Positions 1 to 10,026 are shown, counted from the first letter of the stretch. The stretch is DNA of 40,749 nt from Chthoniobacteraceae bacterium (GCA_040081625.1 JBEBGD010000044.1:1-40749), one strand, 5' to 3'. Numbers and translations are program-made. The notes: generated by a model not told the origin, from the sequence alone.

Positions 1-1
1 G

Positions 2-2263
2 CGCTTCGACGAGCGCGGGCGCATCTGGGTCGTGGGCTCGGCCACTTACCCGCAGATCAAGCCCGGCGAGGAACCCAACGACAAGGTGGTGATCCTCGAG
101 GACACCGACGGCGACGGACGGGCGGATAAATCGACCGTCTTTGCGGATGGGCTGATGATCCCGACGGGGCTGGAGATCGCGCCGCCGGGCAGTTGGAAGT
201 TGGACGTTGAACGTTGGAAGTTGAACGTTGAGCCCGCCGCAGGCGCCGCCGATTCCAAATCAACGCCCCTGCCGGGGGCTCAACGTCCAACGTCCAACGT
301 CCAACGTTCAACGTTCAACGGCAACAACGCCGCTTACATCGGCGAGGGCAGCAAGCTCTGGCTGATGACCGACACCGACGGCGACGACAAGGCGGACAAA
401 CGCGAGGTGGTGCTGCGCGGCTTCGGCACGGGGGACAATCACCAGAACATCAATTCCTTTCGCTGGTCGCCGTCGGGCGAACTCGTGTTTTGCCAGGGGC
501 TGCATGCGAACTCGCGCGTGGAGACGCCGTGGGGGGTCACGCGGCTCGATCAGGCGGGGATCTTCCGCTTTCGCCCGCGCGAGCAGCGGCTCGATGCGTT
601 CTTCGGCGGGCCGAACGATCCGCAGAATCCGTGGGGCTGGACCTTCACGAAGTGGGGGCAGCCGATCATCAATGCGGGCAACAGCGGCGGCTTCTACATG
701 GCCGGGCCGGAGTTGATCCGCGGCTGGCAGGGCGGGCGGCGCGATCCCATCCTGCTGCAAGGCCGCGGACGCAAGACGAGCAACCCGGAGATCATCGAGA
801 GCGCGCACTTCCCCGACGAATGGCAGGGGATGCTGCTGCCGGGCGGCTACATCAACAACTCGGTATGGACGCTGCGCGTGGAGCAGGATGGCTCGGGCTT
901 CAAGATCAGCGACGACACGACGCTGCCGCCGCTGATCCAGAGCCGGCACGGGAGCTTCCGGCCGATCGATGTGCGGCTCGGGCCCGACGGTGCATTATAT
1001 ATAGCCGACTGGTATAACCCGATCATCGGGCACTATCAGGCCAGCTTCCGGCATCCCGATCGCGACAAGGCGCACGGGCGCATCTGGCGGATCACGGCGA
1101 AGGGCAGGCCGCTGCTGAAGGCGCCGAAGATCGCGGGCGCGGAGCTGCCGGAGATCTTCGAGCTGATGCGGGCAAAGGATCGCTACCCGCGCGAGCAGTC
1201 GAAGCGGGTGCTCTTCGGCGGCGACAGCAAGGCGGTGACCGACGCGCTGCGGACGTGGTGCGAGCGGCTCGATCCGCTGGCGCCGGACCTGGACTTCGCG
1301 CTCATGCAGGCGCTCGGCGTCTTCGAGGCGCACGAAGTGGTGGACATCTCGCTGCTCAAGCGCGTGATCGCCGCGAAGACGCCGGAGGCGCGCGCCTACG
1401 CCGCCAGCACGCTGGCGCGCTGGGCCGAGCGGCTTCCGCTGACCTTCGATCCGCTCGAGCAACTCGCCGCCTTCGCGCTCGATGCCGACCCGCGTGTGCG
1501 ACTGGCGGCGATCGTCGGCGCCGGGAATATCCCGCGCGCGGAATCGATGGTGGTGGTGCTGCTCGCCGCGGAGCGCGAGCGCGACCAGTGCATCGACACC
1601 GCGCTGCACGCCGCCGTCGCCGTGCTCAAGCCGCATTGGGAACCGGTCGTCGAGAAAGGCGCGCCGTGGTGGAAGCCGACGTGGCGCGAACTGGTGGCGA
1701 CGCTCGACAAGAAGCGCCTGCCGCCCGCGCCCGCGAAACCCGCGTTGCAAAAGAAGGGCGCGCCCGTCGTGACGATCTACGGGCAGCTCCGCGCGTCGCC
1801 CTTTGTCACCGCGAACATCGCCGCCGAAGTGCTCACGCGCGGCGACGCGAAACGCGGCGAGGCAATCTACAAACGGCCCGAGCTGGCCTGCGTGCAGTGC
1901 CACCGCATCGGCGAGGAAGGCGGCCTCGTGGGCCCCGCGCTCGACGCGATCGGCAGCGCGCAGCCGCTGGAGTTCCTCATCGGCACCGTCATCGAGCCGC
2001 AGCGCGAGGTGAAGGAAGGCTTCGAGACCGTGCGCATCAAGACGAAGAAAGGCGATGAGATCATCGGCATCATCGTCGCCGGCAACGCCAGCGAACTGAC
2101 GCTGCGCGACCCCGCCGGCAAGGAGCACCCCGTAGCGCAAGCCGACATCGCCACGCGCGAGATGATCGGTTCGCTAATGCCCGCCGGCCTCACCGACAGC
2201 CTCCCGCCCGAAGACCTGCGCGACCTCTTCGCCTACCTGACACAGCTCGGGAAGGCGAAGTGA
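2..2263 (+). CDS. PVC-type membrane-bound dehydrogenase/heme-binding protein (beta-propeller + HEAT-like repeats + C-terminal cytochrome c); 5'-truncated
   Basis: Frame is open from base 2 (RFDERGRIWVVGS). Motifs: DTDGDGRAD, FRPIDVRLGPDGALYIADWYNPIIGH, CVQCH heme-c site, GGLVGPALD, SLMPAGL...LRDLFAYL. Confidence 0.85.
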   Translation, partial: RFDERGRIWVVGSATYPQIKPGEEPNDKVVILEDTDGDGRADKSTVFADGLMIPTGLEIAPPGSWKLDVERWKLNVEPAAGAADSKSTPLPGAQRPTSNVQRSTFNGNNAAYIGEGSKLWLMTDTDGDDKADKREVVLRGFGTGDNHQNINSFRWSPSGELVFCQGLHANSRVETPWGVTRLDQAGIFRFRPREQRLDAFFGGPNDPQNPWGWTFTKWGQPIINAGNSGGFYMAGPELIRGWQGGRRDPILLQGRGRKTSNPEIIESAHFPDEWQGMLLPGGYINNSVWTLRVEQDGSGFKISDDTTLPPLIQSRHGSFRPIDVRLGPDGALYIADWYNPIIGHYQASFRHPDRDKAHGRIWRITAKGRPLLKAPKIAGAELPEIFELMRAKDRYPREQSKRVLFGGDSKAVTDALRTWCERLDPLAPDLDFALMQALGVFEAHEVVDISLLKRVIAAKTPEARAYAASTLARWAERLPLTFDPLEQLAAFALDADPRVRLAAIVGAGNIPRAESMVVVLLAAERERDQCIDTALHAAVAVLKPHWEPVVEKGAPWWKPTWRELVATLDKKRLPPAPAKPALQKKGAPVVTIYGQLRASPFVTANIAAEVLTRGDAKRGEAIYKRPELACVQCHRIGEEGGLVGPALDAIGSAQPLEFLIGTVIEPQREVKEGFETVRIKTKKGDEIIGIIVAGNASELTLRDPAGKEHPVAQADIATREMIGSLMPAGLTDSLPPEDLRDLFAYLTQLGKAK
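191..320. repeat. Inverted heptamer-repeat hairpin inside the CDS
   Basis: Arm 191-235 is (a/c)gttg(g/a)a x5 + cgttgagccc; arm 276-320 is gggctcaacg + t(c/t)caacg x5. Confidence 0.85.
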
Positions 2264-2266
2264 GGA

Positions 2267-2369
2267 GACAGGATTATCAGGATTAACAAGATGAACAGGA
2301 TTTCGCCGGGAGACTTGGCCCGCGTGAGCGCGAAATCCTGTAATCCTGAAAATCCTGTCAATCATGTCC
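2267..2369. repeat. Intergenic hairpin of ~9-nt periodic units (acaggatt / aatcctgt)
   Basis: gacaggattatcaggattaacaagatgaacaggatttcgc ... gcgaaatcctgtaatcctgaaaatcctgtcaatcatgtc. Confidence 0.8.
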
Positions 2370-2455
2370 TTCCCCATTCACGCGCCCTTCCTACAAATCC
2401 ATCCGGTGGAATCTTCATTGCCGCCGCGGTCGTCTGCGCGACCATCCACATCGCC

Positions 2456-5400
2456 ATGAAGCGCCTCATCCTCCTCGCCTTCACCTCGCTCGCCGTCGCC
2501 GCCGACATGCCGCCGGACTTCGCGCAGGTCTTCAGAATCCTCGATGAACGCTGCGTCGAATGCCACACCGCCGACGACGCCGAAGGCAGCCTCGTGCTCG
2601 AGACTTACGAAGGGGTGCTCAAGGGCGGCGAGAGTGGGAAGTCAGTCGTGCCCGGCCGGAGCGGCGAGAGCCCGCTGATTCATTGGGTGCGCGACGGCGT
2701 GGAGAAAGGCGGGAAGACGAAGTTCATGCCGCCGGGCAAACGCACGCGGCTCAGCACGGAGGACATCACGCTCATTTCCAAATGGATCGACGCCGGCGCG
2801 AAGCCCGGGACCGCGGTGGTGAAGCGCGAGATCAACGTGCCGAAGGTCGCGCCGAAAGTCGCCGTGCGCGCGAGCGTGAATGCGCTCGCCTTTTCGCCGC
2901 AGGCGAAGCTGCTCGCGATCGGCCGCTACGGAGTCGTCGAGCTCGCGAAGCCCGACACGCGCGAGGTCGTCCACAAACTCGTCGGCCACGACGGCAACGT
3001 GAACGCACTCATCTTCTCCGCCGACGGCAAGACGGTCTTCGCCGCCAGCGGCGAGAACGCGGTGAGCGGGCAGATCAAGATCTGGAACGTCGCCGACGGC
3101 CGGCTGCTGCGCGTCATCGACGGCCATCGCGACACCATCTACGCGCTCGCCCTTTCGCCCGATGGCAAGACGCTCGCGAGCGGCAGCTACGATCAGCAGA
3201 TCAAGCTCTGGGACCCCGCGACCGGCGCGGAAAAGAAGACGCTGCGCGGCCACAACGGCGCCGTCTTCGGCCTCGCCTTCCGCCCCGATGGAAAGATCCT
3301 CGCAAGCGCGAGCGCCGACCGCACGGTGAAGCTCTGGGACGCCGCGACCGGCGCGCGCAAGGATACGCTCATCCAGCCGACGAAGGAGCAGGTCGCCGTC
3401 GCATGGAGCGCGGATGGAAAGCGGCTCGCCGCCGCCGGCTTCGACAACCGCATCCGCACCTGGTCCGTGCGCCCCGACGCGAAGGAGACGATGAATCCGC
3501 TGCTCGCGGCGATCTACGCGCACGAGCAACCGATCACGCGGCTCGTCTGGAGCGCCGACGGCAAGACGATCGCAAGCGGCGCGCAGGACGGCACGGTGAA
3601 GCTTTGGGAGGCTGGTGAGATCAAGGAGCGCGCCCTGCTCGAGAAGCAGCCCGACTGGCCGAGCGCGATCGTCTTCGCCGAACCGCATCTCATCGTCGGC
3701 CGCCTCGACGGCACCGTCGCCGCCTACACGCTCGCCGATGGCAAGCCCATCGCCGCCGCCGCGGCGAAGCCGGCGATGAAACCCGCGGCGAAAGCGATGC
3801 CGCCGAAGCCCGCGAAGGTCGTGGCCTTCTCCCCGCGCGGCATCGAGCGCGGCGCACGCCGTGAAGTGAGCGTGACGGGCGAGAACCTCGCGACGCTGAA
3901 GTCGGCGAAAGCGAGCAATGCCGCGATCATCGTCGAAGTCCTCTCCGCGACTGCAACCGGCGCGAAGCTCGCCATCACCACGCCCGCGGACTTTCCGCGC
4001 GCGGCGGTCGATGTGGCCTTCACCATCGCCGACGGAAAAGCCGCCGGCACGCTCAAGCTCCACGTGGACGATCTGCCGGTGATTGCCGCGAGCGAGGCGA
4101 AGGCGGAGGTGCTGAAGTTTCCCGTCGTGCTGTGGAGCGGGCTCGACACCCCGGGCGACAGCGACCGCTACGAATTCGACGCGACCGCGGGCCAGGCCAT
4201 CGTCTTCGATCTCGAATCGAAAGGCCTCGGCGCGAAGGCCAACGCCGTGCTCGCGCTCGTCGATCGCGAAGGGCACGTGCTCGCGAACAGTAACGATTTC
4301 GACAACACGGGCGATCCGGTCATCGGCTACACGTTCAAGGCTGCGGGCCGGTTCGCGATCGTCGTGGGCGATCTCGAGATGGGCGGCTCCGCGGAGCACT
4401 TCTACCGGCTCACCGCCGGAGCGCTGCCGTTTGTCACCGCGTGCTACCCGCTCAGCGTCCCGCCAAACACGGAGAGCGAAGTCGAACTCATCGGCTTCAA
4501 CCTGCCGTCGGGAAGCCGCGTGAAGGTGAAGGCGGGTGCGGCGGGCGAGATGCCGCTGATGCCCGATCCCGCGAAGTTCCGCGCGCGTCGCGGCTTCCGG
4601 CTCGCCGTGAGCGAACTGCCGACGGTGCTCGAAGTCGAACCGAACGACACGCCGGAGCGCGCGACGAAAGTCTCCGCGCCCGCGAGCATCGGCGGCCGCA
4701 TCGAGCGGGCGGGCGACGTGGATTTGTTCCGCTTCGACGCGAAGAAAGGCAGCGTGTGGGCGATCGAAACCGAAGCCGCGAAGCGCGGCACGCCCGTCGA
4801 TACAAAGATCGAGCTGCTCGACGCGCAGGGCCGCAAGGTCGAGCGCGTGCTGCTGCGCGCGGTGCGCGACTCGGCGATCACCTTCCGCGCGATCGACTCG
4901 AACATCGCCGACGCGCGCGTGGACAACTGGCGCGAGATGGAGCTGAACCAGCTCATGTTCATGAACGGCGAGGTCGCGAAGATTTTCCGGATGCCTGAAG
5001 GGCCGGACAGCGGCTTCCAGTTCTACACGAACGCCGGCAAGCGCGTCGGTTACTTCGACACCACGCCGATCGCGCAGCCGCTCGACCAGCCGACTTACAT
5101 CATCGAACCGCATCCGCCCGGCGCGAAGCTCGCGGCAAACGGCCTGCCGGTGTTCACGCTCTTCTATGAAAACGACGACGACGGCGAGCGCGAGCTCGGC
5201 ACGGACTCGCGCGTCCTTTTCACCGCGCCCGCCGATGGGGCGTATCTCGTGCGCGTGAGCGACAGCCGCGGCATGGGCGGCGCGCGCAATGTGTATCGGC
5301 TCGTCGTGCGCGAGGCGCGGCCGGATTTCAGCGTCACGCTGGCCGGCGGAAATCCCGCGCTGCCCGTGCGCAGCGGGCAGGAGTTCACGTTGAAGGCGGA

Positions 5401-6085
5401 TCGCAAGGACGGCTTCGACGCGCCGATCGAGGTCGCGATCACCGGCGTGCCTGCGGGCTACAAGCTCAGTTCGCACATCGTCATCGAGGCTGGTCACACG
5501 ACGGCGGAAGGCACGATCCAGGCGCTCGCCGACGCGAAGCAACTCGACGCCGCGGAGTGGAAGAAGGTGAAGGTTACCGCGACGGCGAATGGAATCACGC
5601 GTGACGTGGCCGGCTTCACCGGCGCGACGCTCGAGAAGGATCCGAAGGTGTGGGTCGCGCTCGAGTCCGTCGCACCCGGAGACACGCTCGAGAAGCTGAG
5701 CCCGCCGACGCCTTACGCAGACCAGGATCCGAACAAGCCGTTCGAGATCACGATCGCGCCGGGCGAGACGATTCCGGCGTGGATCAAGATCAAGCGCAAC
5801 GGATCGAAGGACGCGATTCGCTTCGACGTGCAGGGGCTCCCGCACGGCGTCATCGTCGATAATCTCGGACTCAACGGCATCACGCTTCTGCCCGAGCAGA
5901 GCGAAGGCGAAATCCACATCAAGGCCGAGCCGTGGGTGCAGGAGATGGATCGGCTCATCTACGCCAAGACGCGCGGCGGCGGCGGGCGCGGCGCGGTCCG
6001 CGACATCAGCGACATCACGTCGATGCCGGTGATCCTGCATGTGCGGAAGAAGGAAGGCGTCTCGCGCACGGTGACGGTGAAGTAA
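2456..6085 (+). CDS. Secreted planctomycete-type cytochrome c + WD40 repeats + PPC-like domains
   Basis: Signal peptide MKRLILLAFTSLAVAA (ATG 2456); CVECH; MPP...WIDAGA; several GH...WD/WN repeats; EVEPNDTP..A and DVDLFRF PPC-type motifs. Confidence 0.85.
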   Translation: MKRLILLAFTSLAVAADMPPDFAQVFRILDERCVECHTADDAEGSLVLETYEGVLKGGESGKSVVPGRSGESPLIHWVRDGVEKGGKTKFMPPGKRTRLSTEDITLISKWIDAGAKPGTAVVKREINVPKVAPKVAVRASVNALAFSPQAKLLAIGRYGVVELAKPDTREVVHKLVGHDGNVNALIFSADGKTVFAASGENAVSGQIKIWNVADGRLLRVIDGHRDTIYALALSPDGKTLASGSYDQQIKLWDPATGAEKKTLRGHNGAVFGLAFRPDGKILASASADRTVKLWDAATGARKDTLIQPTKEQVAVAWSADGKRLAAAGFDNRIRTWSVRPDAKETMNPLLAAIYAHEQPITRLVWSADGKTIASGAQDGTVKLWEAGEIKERALLEKQPDWPSAIVFAEPHLIVGRLDGTVAAYTLADGKPIAAAAAKPAMKPAAKAMPPKPAKVVAFSPRGIERGARREVSVTGENLATLKSAKASNAAIIVEVLSATATGAKLAITTPADFPRAAVDVAFTIADGKAAGTLKLHVDDLPVIAASEAKAEVLKFPVVLWSGLDTPGDSDRYEFDATAGQAIVFDLESKGLGAKANAVLALVDREGHVLANSNDFDNTGDPVIGYTFKAAGRFAIVVGDLEMGGSAEHFYRLTAGALPFVTACYPLSVPPNTESEVELIGFNLPSGSRVKVKAGAAGEMPLMPDPAKFRARRGFRLAVSELPTVLEVEPNDTPERATKVSAPASIGGRIERAGDVDLFRFDAKKGSVWAIETEAAKRGTPVDTKIELLDAQGRKVERVLLRAVRDSAITFRAIDSNIADARVDNWREMELNQLMFMNGEVAKIFRMPEGPDSGFQFYTNAGKRVGYFDTTPIAQPLDQPTYIIEPHPPGAKLAANGLPVFTLFYENDDDGERELGTDSRVLFTAPADGAYLVRVSDSRGMGGARNVYRLVVREARPDFSVTLAGGNPALPVRSGQEFTLKADRKDGFDAPIEVAITGVPAGYKLSSHIVIEAGHTTAEGTIQALADAKQLDAAEWKKVKVTATANGITRDVAGFTGATLEKDPKVWVALESVAPGDTLEKLSPPTPYADQDPNKPFEITIAPGETIPAWIKIKRNGSKDAIRFDVQGLPHGVIVDNLGLNGITLLPEQSEGEIHIKAEPWVQEMDRLIYAKTRGGGGRGAVRDISDITSMPVILHVRKKEGVSRTVTVK

Positions 6086-6131
6086 CGACGGCGCTTGCGG
6101 CGCGCTCCGCGGACCACTACACCCGCGCCCC

Positions 6132-7397
6132 ATGAATCAATCTCCCCGGTCCAAGCTGTTCGTGATGATGGTGCTCGAGTTCTTCATCTGGGGCGCGTGG
6201 CTGCCTCCGCTCTTCCATCTCATGGGCGCGCCGGAGGGGCTGAATTTCAGCGGCAAGGAGCAGGCGCTGATCGGCTCGTGCTTCGCGATCGCCTCGGTCG
6301 TCGGCATCTTCTTCTCGAACCAGTTCGCCGACCGCACCTTCGCCTCGGAGAAGTTCATGGCGTTCAGTCATCTCGTCGGCGGCCTCGCGATTGGCGGGCT
6401 CTTTTTCGTGAAGAGCTTCCCAATGTTCTTTGCCCTGCTGCTTATTCACTCGCTGCTTTACGTGCCGACGATCTCGGTCGCGAACTCGCTCGCCTTCGCG
6501 AACCTGAAGAACCCGACGAAGGAGTTCGGCCTCATCCGCATGGGTGGGACGATCGGCTGGATCCTCGCGTCGTGGCCTCTCTACTTCATCCTGCAGGGCA
6601 AGACGGGCGCGGCACTCGCGAATGCGGAGAGTTACGCATTCCTCGTGGCCGGCGCCGCATCGCTCGTGCTCGCGGGCTTCTGCCTCACCCTGCCGCACAC
6701 GCCGCCGAAGCCTGCCGCCGCAGGCGTGGACTCACTCGCGTGGCGCGAGGCGATGAAGCTGCTGCGGCTGCCCTTCCTGCTCGTGTTGTTCGTCGTCACG
6801 TTCATCGACGCGACGATTCACAACGGATACTTCGTGATGAGCTTCGGTTTCCTTGCGGACGTGGGATTCAAGCCGGAGAACATCATGCCGATCATGAGCA
6901 TCGGACAGGTCGCCGAGATTCTCACGATGGCCGTGCTCGGCGCGATGCTCGCGAAGTGCGGGTGGCGCACGACGATGATCCTCGGCATCCTCGGCCACGC
7001 GGCGCGCTTCGCGGTGTTCGCGTTCTTCCCGCAGAATCACACGATCATCGTGCTCGTGCAGGTGCTCCACGGCATCTGCTACGCGTTCTTCTTTGCGACG
7101 GTCTATATCTTCATCGACGCCGCCTTCCCGAAGGACGTGCGCGCGAGCGCGCAGGGGCTTTTCAACCTGCTCATCCTCGGCCTCGGCGACCTCGCGGCGA
7201 AGTGGCTCTTTGTGCCGTTGATGAAAGCGTGGACGGTCACCGTCGCCGCGACCGATGGCGGCGTGGCGAGGGAGATGATCGACTACCACAAGCTGTTCCT
7301 CGTGCCGACAGGGCTCGCGTTGCTCGCGGCGATCGTGCTCGCCGTCGCCTTCCATCCGCCGAAGGAAGTCTCGGCGCGTGGCGTCGAGGTGACTTGA
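6132..7397 (+). CDS. MFS nucleoside:H+ symporter family (NupG/XapB/YegT-like)
   Basis: MMVLEFFIWGAW, IRMGGTIGWI, SIGQVAEI, LHGICYAFFF, RASAQGLF; ~12 hydrophobic segments. Confidence 0.85.
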   Translation: MNQSPRSKLFVMMVLEFFIWGAWLPPLFHLMGAPEGLNFSGKEQALIGSCFAIASVVGIFFSNQFADRTFASEKFMAFSHLVGGLAIGGLFFVKSFPMFFALLLIHSLLYVPTISVANSLAFANLKNPTKEFGLIRMGGTIGWILASWPLYFILQGKTGAALANAESYAFLVAGAASLVLAGFCLTLPHTPPKPAAAGVDSLAWREAMKLLRLPFLLVLFVVTFIDATIHNGYFVMSFGFLADVGFKPENIMPIMSIGQVAEILTMAVLGAMLAKCGWRTTMILGILGHAARFAVFAFFPQNHTIIVLVQVLHGICYAFFFATVYIFIDAAFPKDVRASAQGLFNLLILGLGDLAAKWLFVPLMKAWTVTVAATDGGVAREMIDYHKLFLVPTGLALLAAIVLAVAFHPPKEVSARGVEVT

Positions 7398-7401
7398 GCG
7401 T

Positions 7402-9978
7402 TTAGTTCACCGCTGCCGGCTGGCTGACTTGCGCGATGCGGGCCTGATGGCTGAGGAAGCTGTCGGAGATGTGGACGTGGATTTCCATCGTCTGCTCGAG
7501 CAGCCGTTGCAGCAGGGGCGCGAGGTCGGGCGCGCGGAGTCGGGAAGCCGCGTTCTTGAGCGCCTCGACACGATCCTCGTCGGTCGGAGGCTGCACGAAG
7601 AGCTTCCAATCCACGCGCTCGATGTCGCGTCGCAGCGTGTCGATCGCCTCCGGCGCGCTCGCGCGGAAATCCGCGTCGATCGATTCGCGCAGCAGCGCGC
7701 CGCAGCGGCGCAGGCAATAGACGACGCTGCGCGGCACCTCGGCGTGCTGCCAGAGCAGCTCGAGCACGGCGGGCGGCTCGGCACGCATCTGGAAGATCCG
7801 GCGATACGCATCGCGGCAGCTCATCAGGCGGAGGAACGCGCTCAGCTCGATCTCGGTGCTCTGGCCGCTGCTTTCGCCCTCGGGTGGCTGGAGTGCGTCG
7901 CGGATGGCATGGACGGAGTTCGCGGTGATGATCGCGCGCTCGAGGAGCTGGCCGATTTCGCAGAATCGCCATGCATCGTCCGCGAGCATCGTGTTCGCGC
8001 AGACGGCGAAGAATTGGGGGACGAGTTGCGTCGCGAAATCGGCGAGGCGGCGCGTTGTCCGCGCGGCTTCGGCTTCGGGGAGTTCTTCGCGAAACTTCGC
8101 CTTTTGAAACCGTGCGCGCAGATTGCTGAGCGTGGCGGAGGCCTCGGGGCTGAGGCTGTCCTCGACGCTGGCGGCATTGCGCATCGCGCGCAGGAATGTG
8201 CTCAGCACGCTGCCGGGCTCCGGCGCGAGCATGAGACGGTAGCGGTCGAGGCGCGTGGTGATGCTGCGGCGGCTGGTGCCCGCGCTCTTCTCGAGCGGCG
8301 GCAGCAGGCGATTCCAGACGGGTCGGTAGTGCCGGCGCTCGGCGGAGTTGAGCTCCTCGGTCTCGAGAGTCTCGATGACCGAGATCAGATACGCCTGGTG
8401 ATGTGCGCGCTCGAGGTAGCGGCCCATCCAGTAGAACGACTCCGCGACGCGGCTCGTGACCTGACGCGCAGGCAGGCTCTTGTCGGGCACGCGGCGCGCG
8501 AGACGCGGCAACAGCGGCGTGGTCGTCTCATCGATGAGCACCCACGAGTCCTTGCTCGTCCAGCCGGCGCCGACGTCGCCGGGCGAGTCCGTCCGCGAAA
8601 AGACACGCGTGAGCGCGCCGGGAAAGACATCGAAGTCGCGGCCGCTGCGCGCGGCGAAGAGGATGTGATCCTGCGGATGCTCGACGCGCCGTCCTTGCTC
8701 GAAGCAGAGCGTCGTCGCGCCTTCGTCGCGCGGCTGCGCCACGAAGAGGCTCGCCTGTTTCTTGATCTCCGCGCGCAGGCTCGCCTCGTCGCCAGGCAGC
8801 GGAGGCTCCCACGAGCCGCTTGTGTTTTCGCGGAGGATCGGTCGCAGGCGGTATGCGTTCAGATTCTCGAGCACCATCTCGCGCCGATCGATGTCGCCGA
8901 GCCAGAAGGTCGGCACGGTCGGCAGGATCGGCGATTCGCCGAGATAGTAGCGGATGATCTGCGGGGCGAAGGCGAGCAGGCTCCTGTCGTCGGCGAGTTG
9001 CGAGCCGACGCCGTTGACGAGTGCGACGGTGCCTTTGCGCAGGCAGTGGACGAGCCCCGGCACGCCGAGTGTCGAGTCGGAGCGGAAGACGAGGGGATCG
9101 AGCCACGTGTCGGCGACGCGATTGTAGATGACCTCGACGCGATCGAGGCCGCGCACGGTCTTCAAATACACGCAATCATCGAGCACGAGCAGGTCGCCGC
9201 CGGCGACGACGGGGATGCCCATGCGGCGGGCGATGAAGCTTTGCTCGCTGGCTGTCGCGCTGCCCGCGCCGGGCGAGAGCAGCACGACGGTCGGGTCGCC
9301 TTGGAACTGCGGCGCGGCTTCGCGCAGTCGCTCGACGATGACGAGCGGCGTCTCGGCGAGCGAATGCACGGCGATGTCCTGAAACAGCTCGGGGATCACG
9401 CGGGCGAGCGCGCGGCGGTTCTGCATCATGTAGCTGATGCCGGTCGCGTGGCTGAAGTGGTGATGCTTCACCTGCCAGCGGCCGCGCGCATCGCGGCTCA
9501 CGCACATGCCGCTGAGGTGGAGGAAGGCGTCGTGCGGACGCTGGAGGCCGATCGCGGCGAATTGATAGTGCGGGCTGCCGAGCACCGCTTGAATCGGCAC
9601 GACGCCTGCGCGGAGGATCTCCTTTTTCCCATACACGTCGCCGAGGAAACACTCGAACGCGCGGAGTCGCTGGCGGAAGCCGCGCACGAGCAGTTCCCAC
9701 TCGGCGGTCGCGAAGATGTGCGGGAGCAGATCGCATGACCACGGATGCCGGCCCCACGGGTCGTTGCGGATCACGTCGAAGGTGACGCCCATCTCGCGCA
9801 GCACCGCGGCCATGCGGTCGTCGAGGCTGCGGAGTTCGGTGGCCGGCAGTTCGCTCAGGTCGGTGAGCGGGCGCAGGAACGGGGCGCGCACGGCGCCATC
9901 GGGAGCAAGCACTTCGTGCCAGGGTGTGCTGGGCGTTGAAGTGGGTGCGTTGCGTTGCGTCCGTGCGGCGGCGTCCAT
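7402..9978 (-). CDS. Circularly permuted type 2 ATP-grasp protein fused to an alpha-E domain
   Basis: SGISY-like TGISYMMQNRR, VVLLSPG, RVEVIYNRV..LDPL.FR.DS.LGVPGL, SKDSWV; then SRVAESFYWMGRYLERA and IGQLLERA alpha-E motifs. Confidence 0.88.
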   Translation of the reverse strand: MDAAARTQRNAPTSTPSTPWHEVLAPDGAVRAPFLRPLTDLSELPATELRSLDDRMAAVLREMGVTFDVIRNDPWGRHPWSCDLLPHIFATAEWELLVRGFRQRLRAFECFLGDVYGKKEILRAGVVPIQAVLGSPHYQFAAIGLQRPHDAFLHLSGMCVSRDARGRWQVKHHHFSHATGISYMMQNRRALARVIPELFQDIAVHSLAETPLVIVERLREAAPQFQGDPTVVLLSPGAGSATASEQSFIARRMGIPVVAGGDLLVLDDCVYLKTVRGLDRVEVIYNRVADTWLDPLVFRSDSTLGVPGLVHCLRKGTVALVNGVGSQLADDRSLLAFAPQIIRYYLGESPILPTVPTFWLGDIDRREMVLENLNAYRLRPILRENTSGSWEPPLPGDEASLRAEIKKQASLFVAQPRDEGATTLCFEQGRRVEHPQDHILFAARSGRDFDVFPGALTRVFSRTDSPGDVGAGWTSKDSWVLIDETTTPLLPRLARRVPDKSLPARQVTSRVAESFYWMGRYLERAHHQAYLISVIETLETEELNSAERRHYRPVWNRLLPPLEKSAGTSRRSITTRLDRYRLMLAPEPGSVLSTFLRAMRNAASVEDSLSPEASATLSNLRARFQKAKFREELPEAEAARTTRRLADFATQLVPQFFAVCANTMLADDAWRFCEIGQLLERAIITANSVHAIRDALQPPEGESSGQSTEIELSAFLRLMSCRDAYRRIFQMRAEPPAVLELLWQHAEVPRSVVYCLRRCGALLRESIDADFRASAPEAIDTLRRDIERVDWKLFVQPPTDEDRVEALKNAASRLRAPDLAPLLQRLLEQTMEIHVHISDSFLSHQARIAQVSQPAAVN

Positions 9979-10026
9979 GTCGTGCGCGGAAACTCCGTGG
10001 CAGGTGGAGACGGGTCAAGCGCCGAG

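Noticed and set aside
191..320. Short repeats here and at 2267, 19043 and 31896 as CRISPR arrays
   Set aside because: They are inverted or tandem units without regular unique spacers, and no cas genes are present.
2291..2455. Upstream ATG extension of the cytochrome c/WD40 gene
   Set aside because: It translates the intergenic nonamer hairpin; the signal peptide starts at ATG 2456.
2642..6133. 1163-aa minus-strand ORF and similar long antisense ORFs (7429-9738, 21748-24207, 29625-31394, 32623-34476)
   Set aside because: Shadow ORFs of high-GC genes: no recognisable motifs, and each lies opposite a well-supported CDS.
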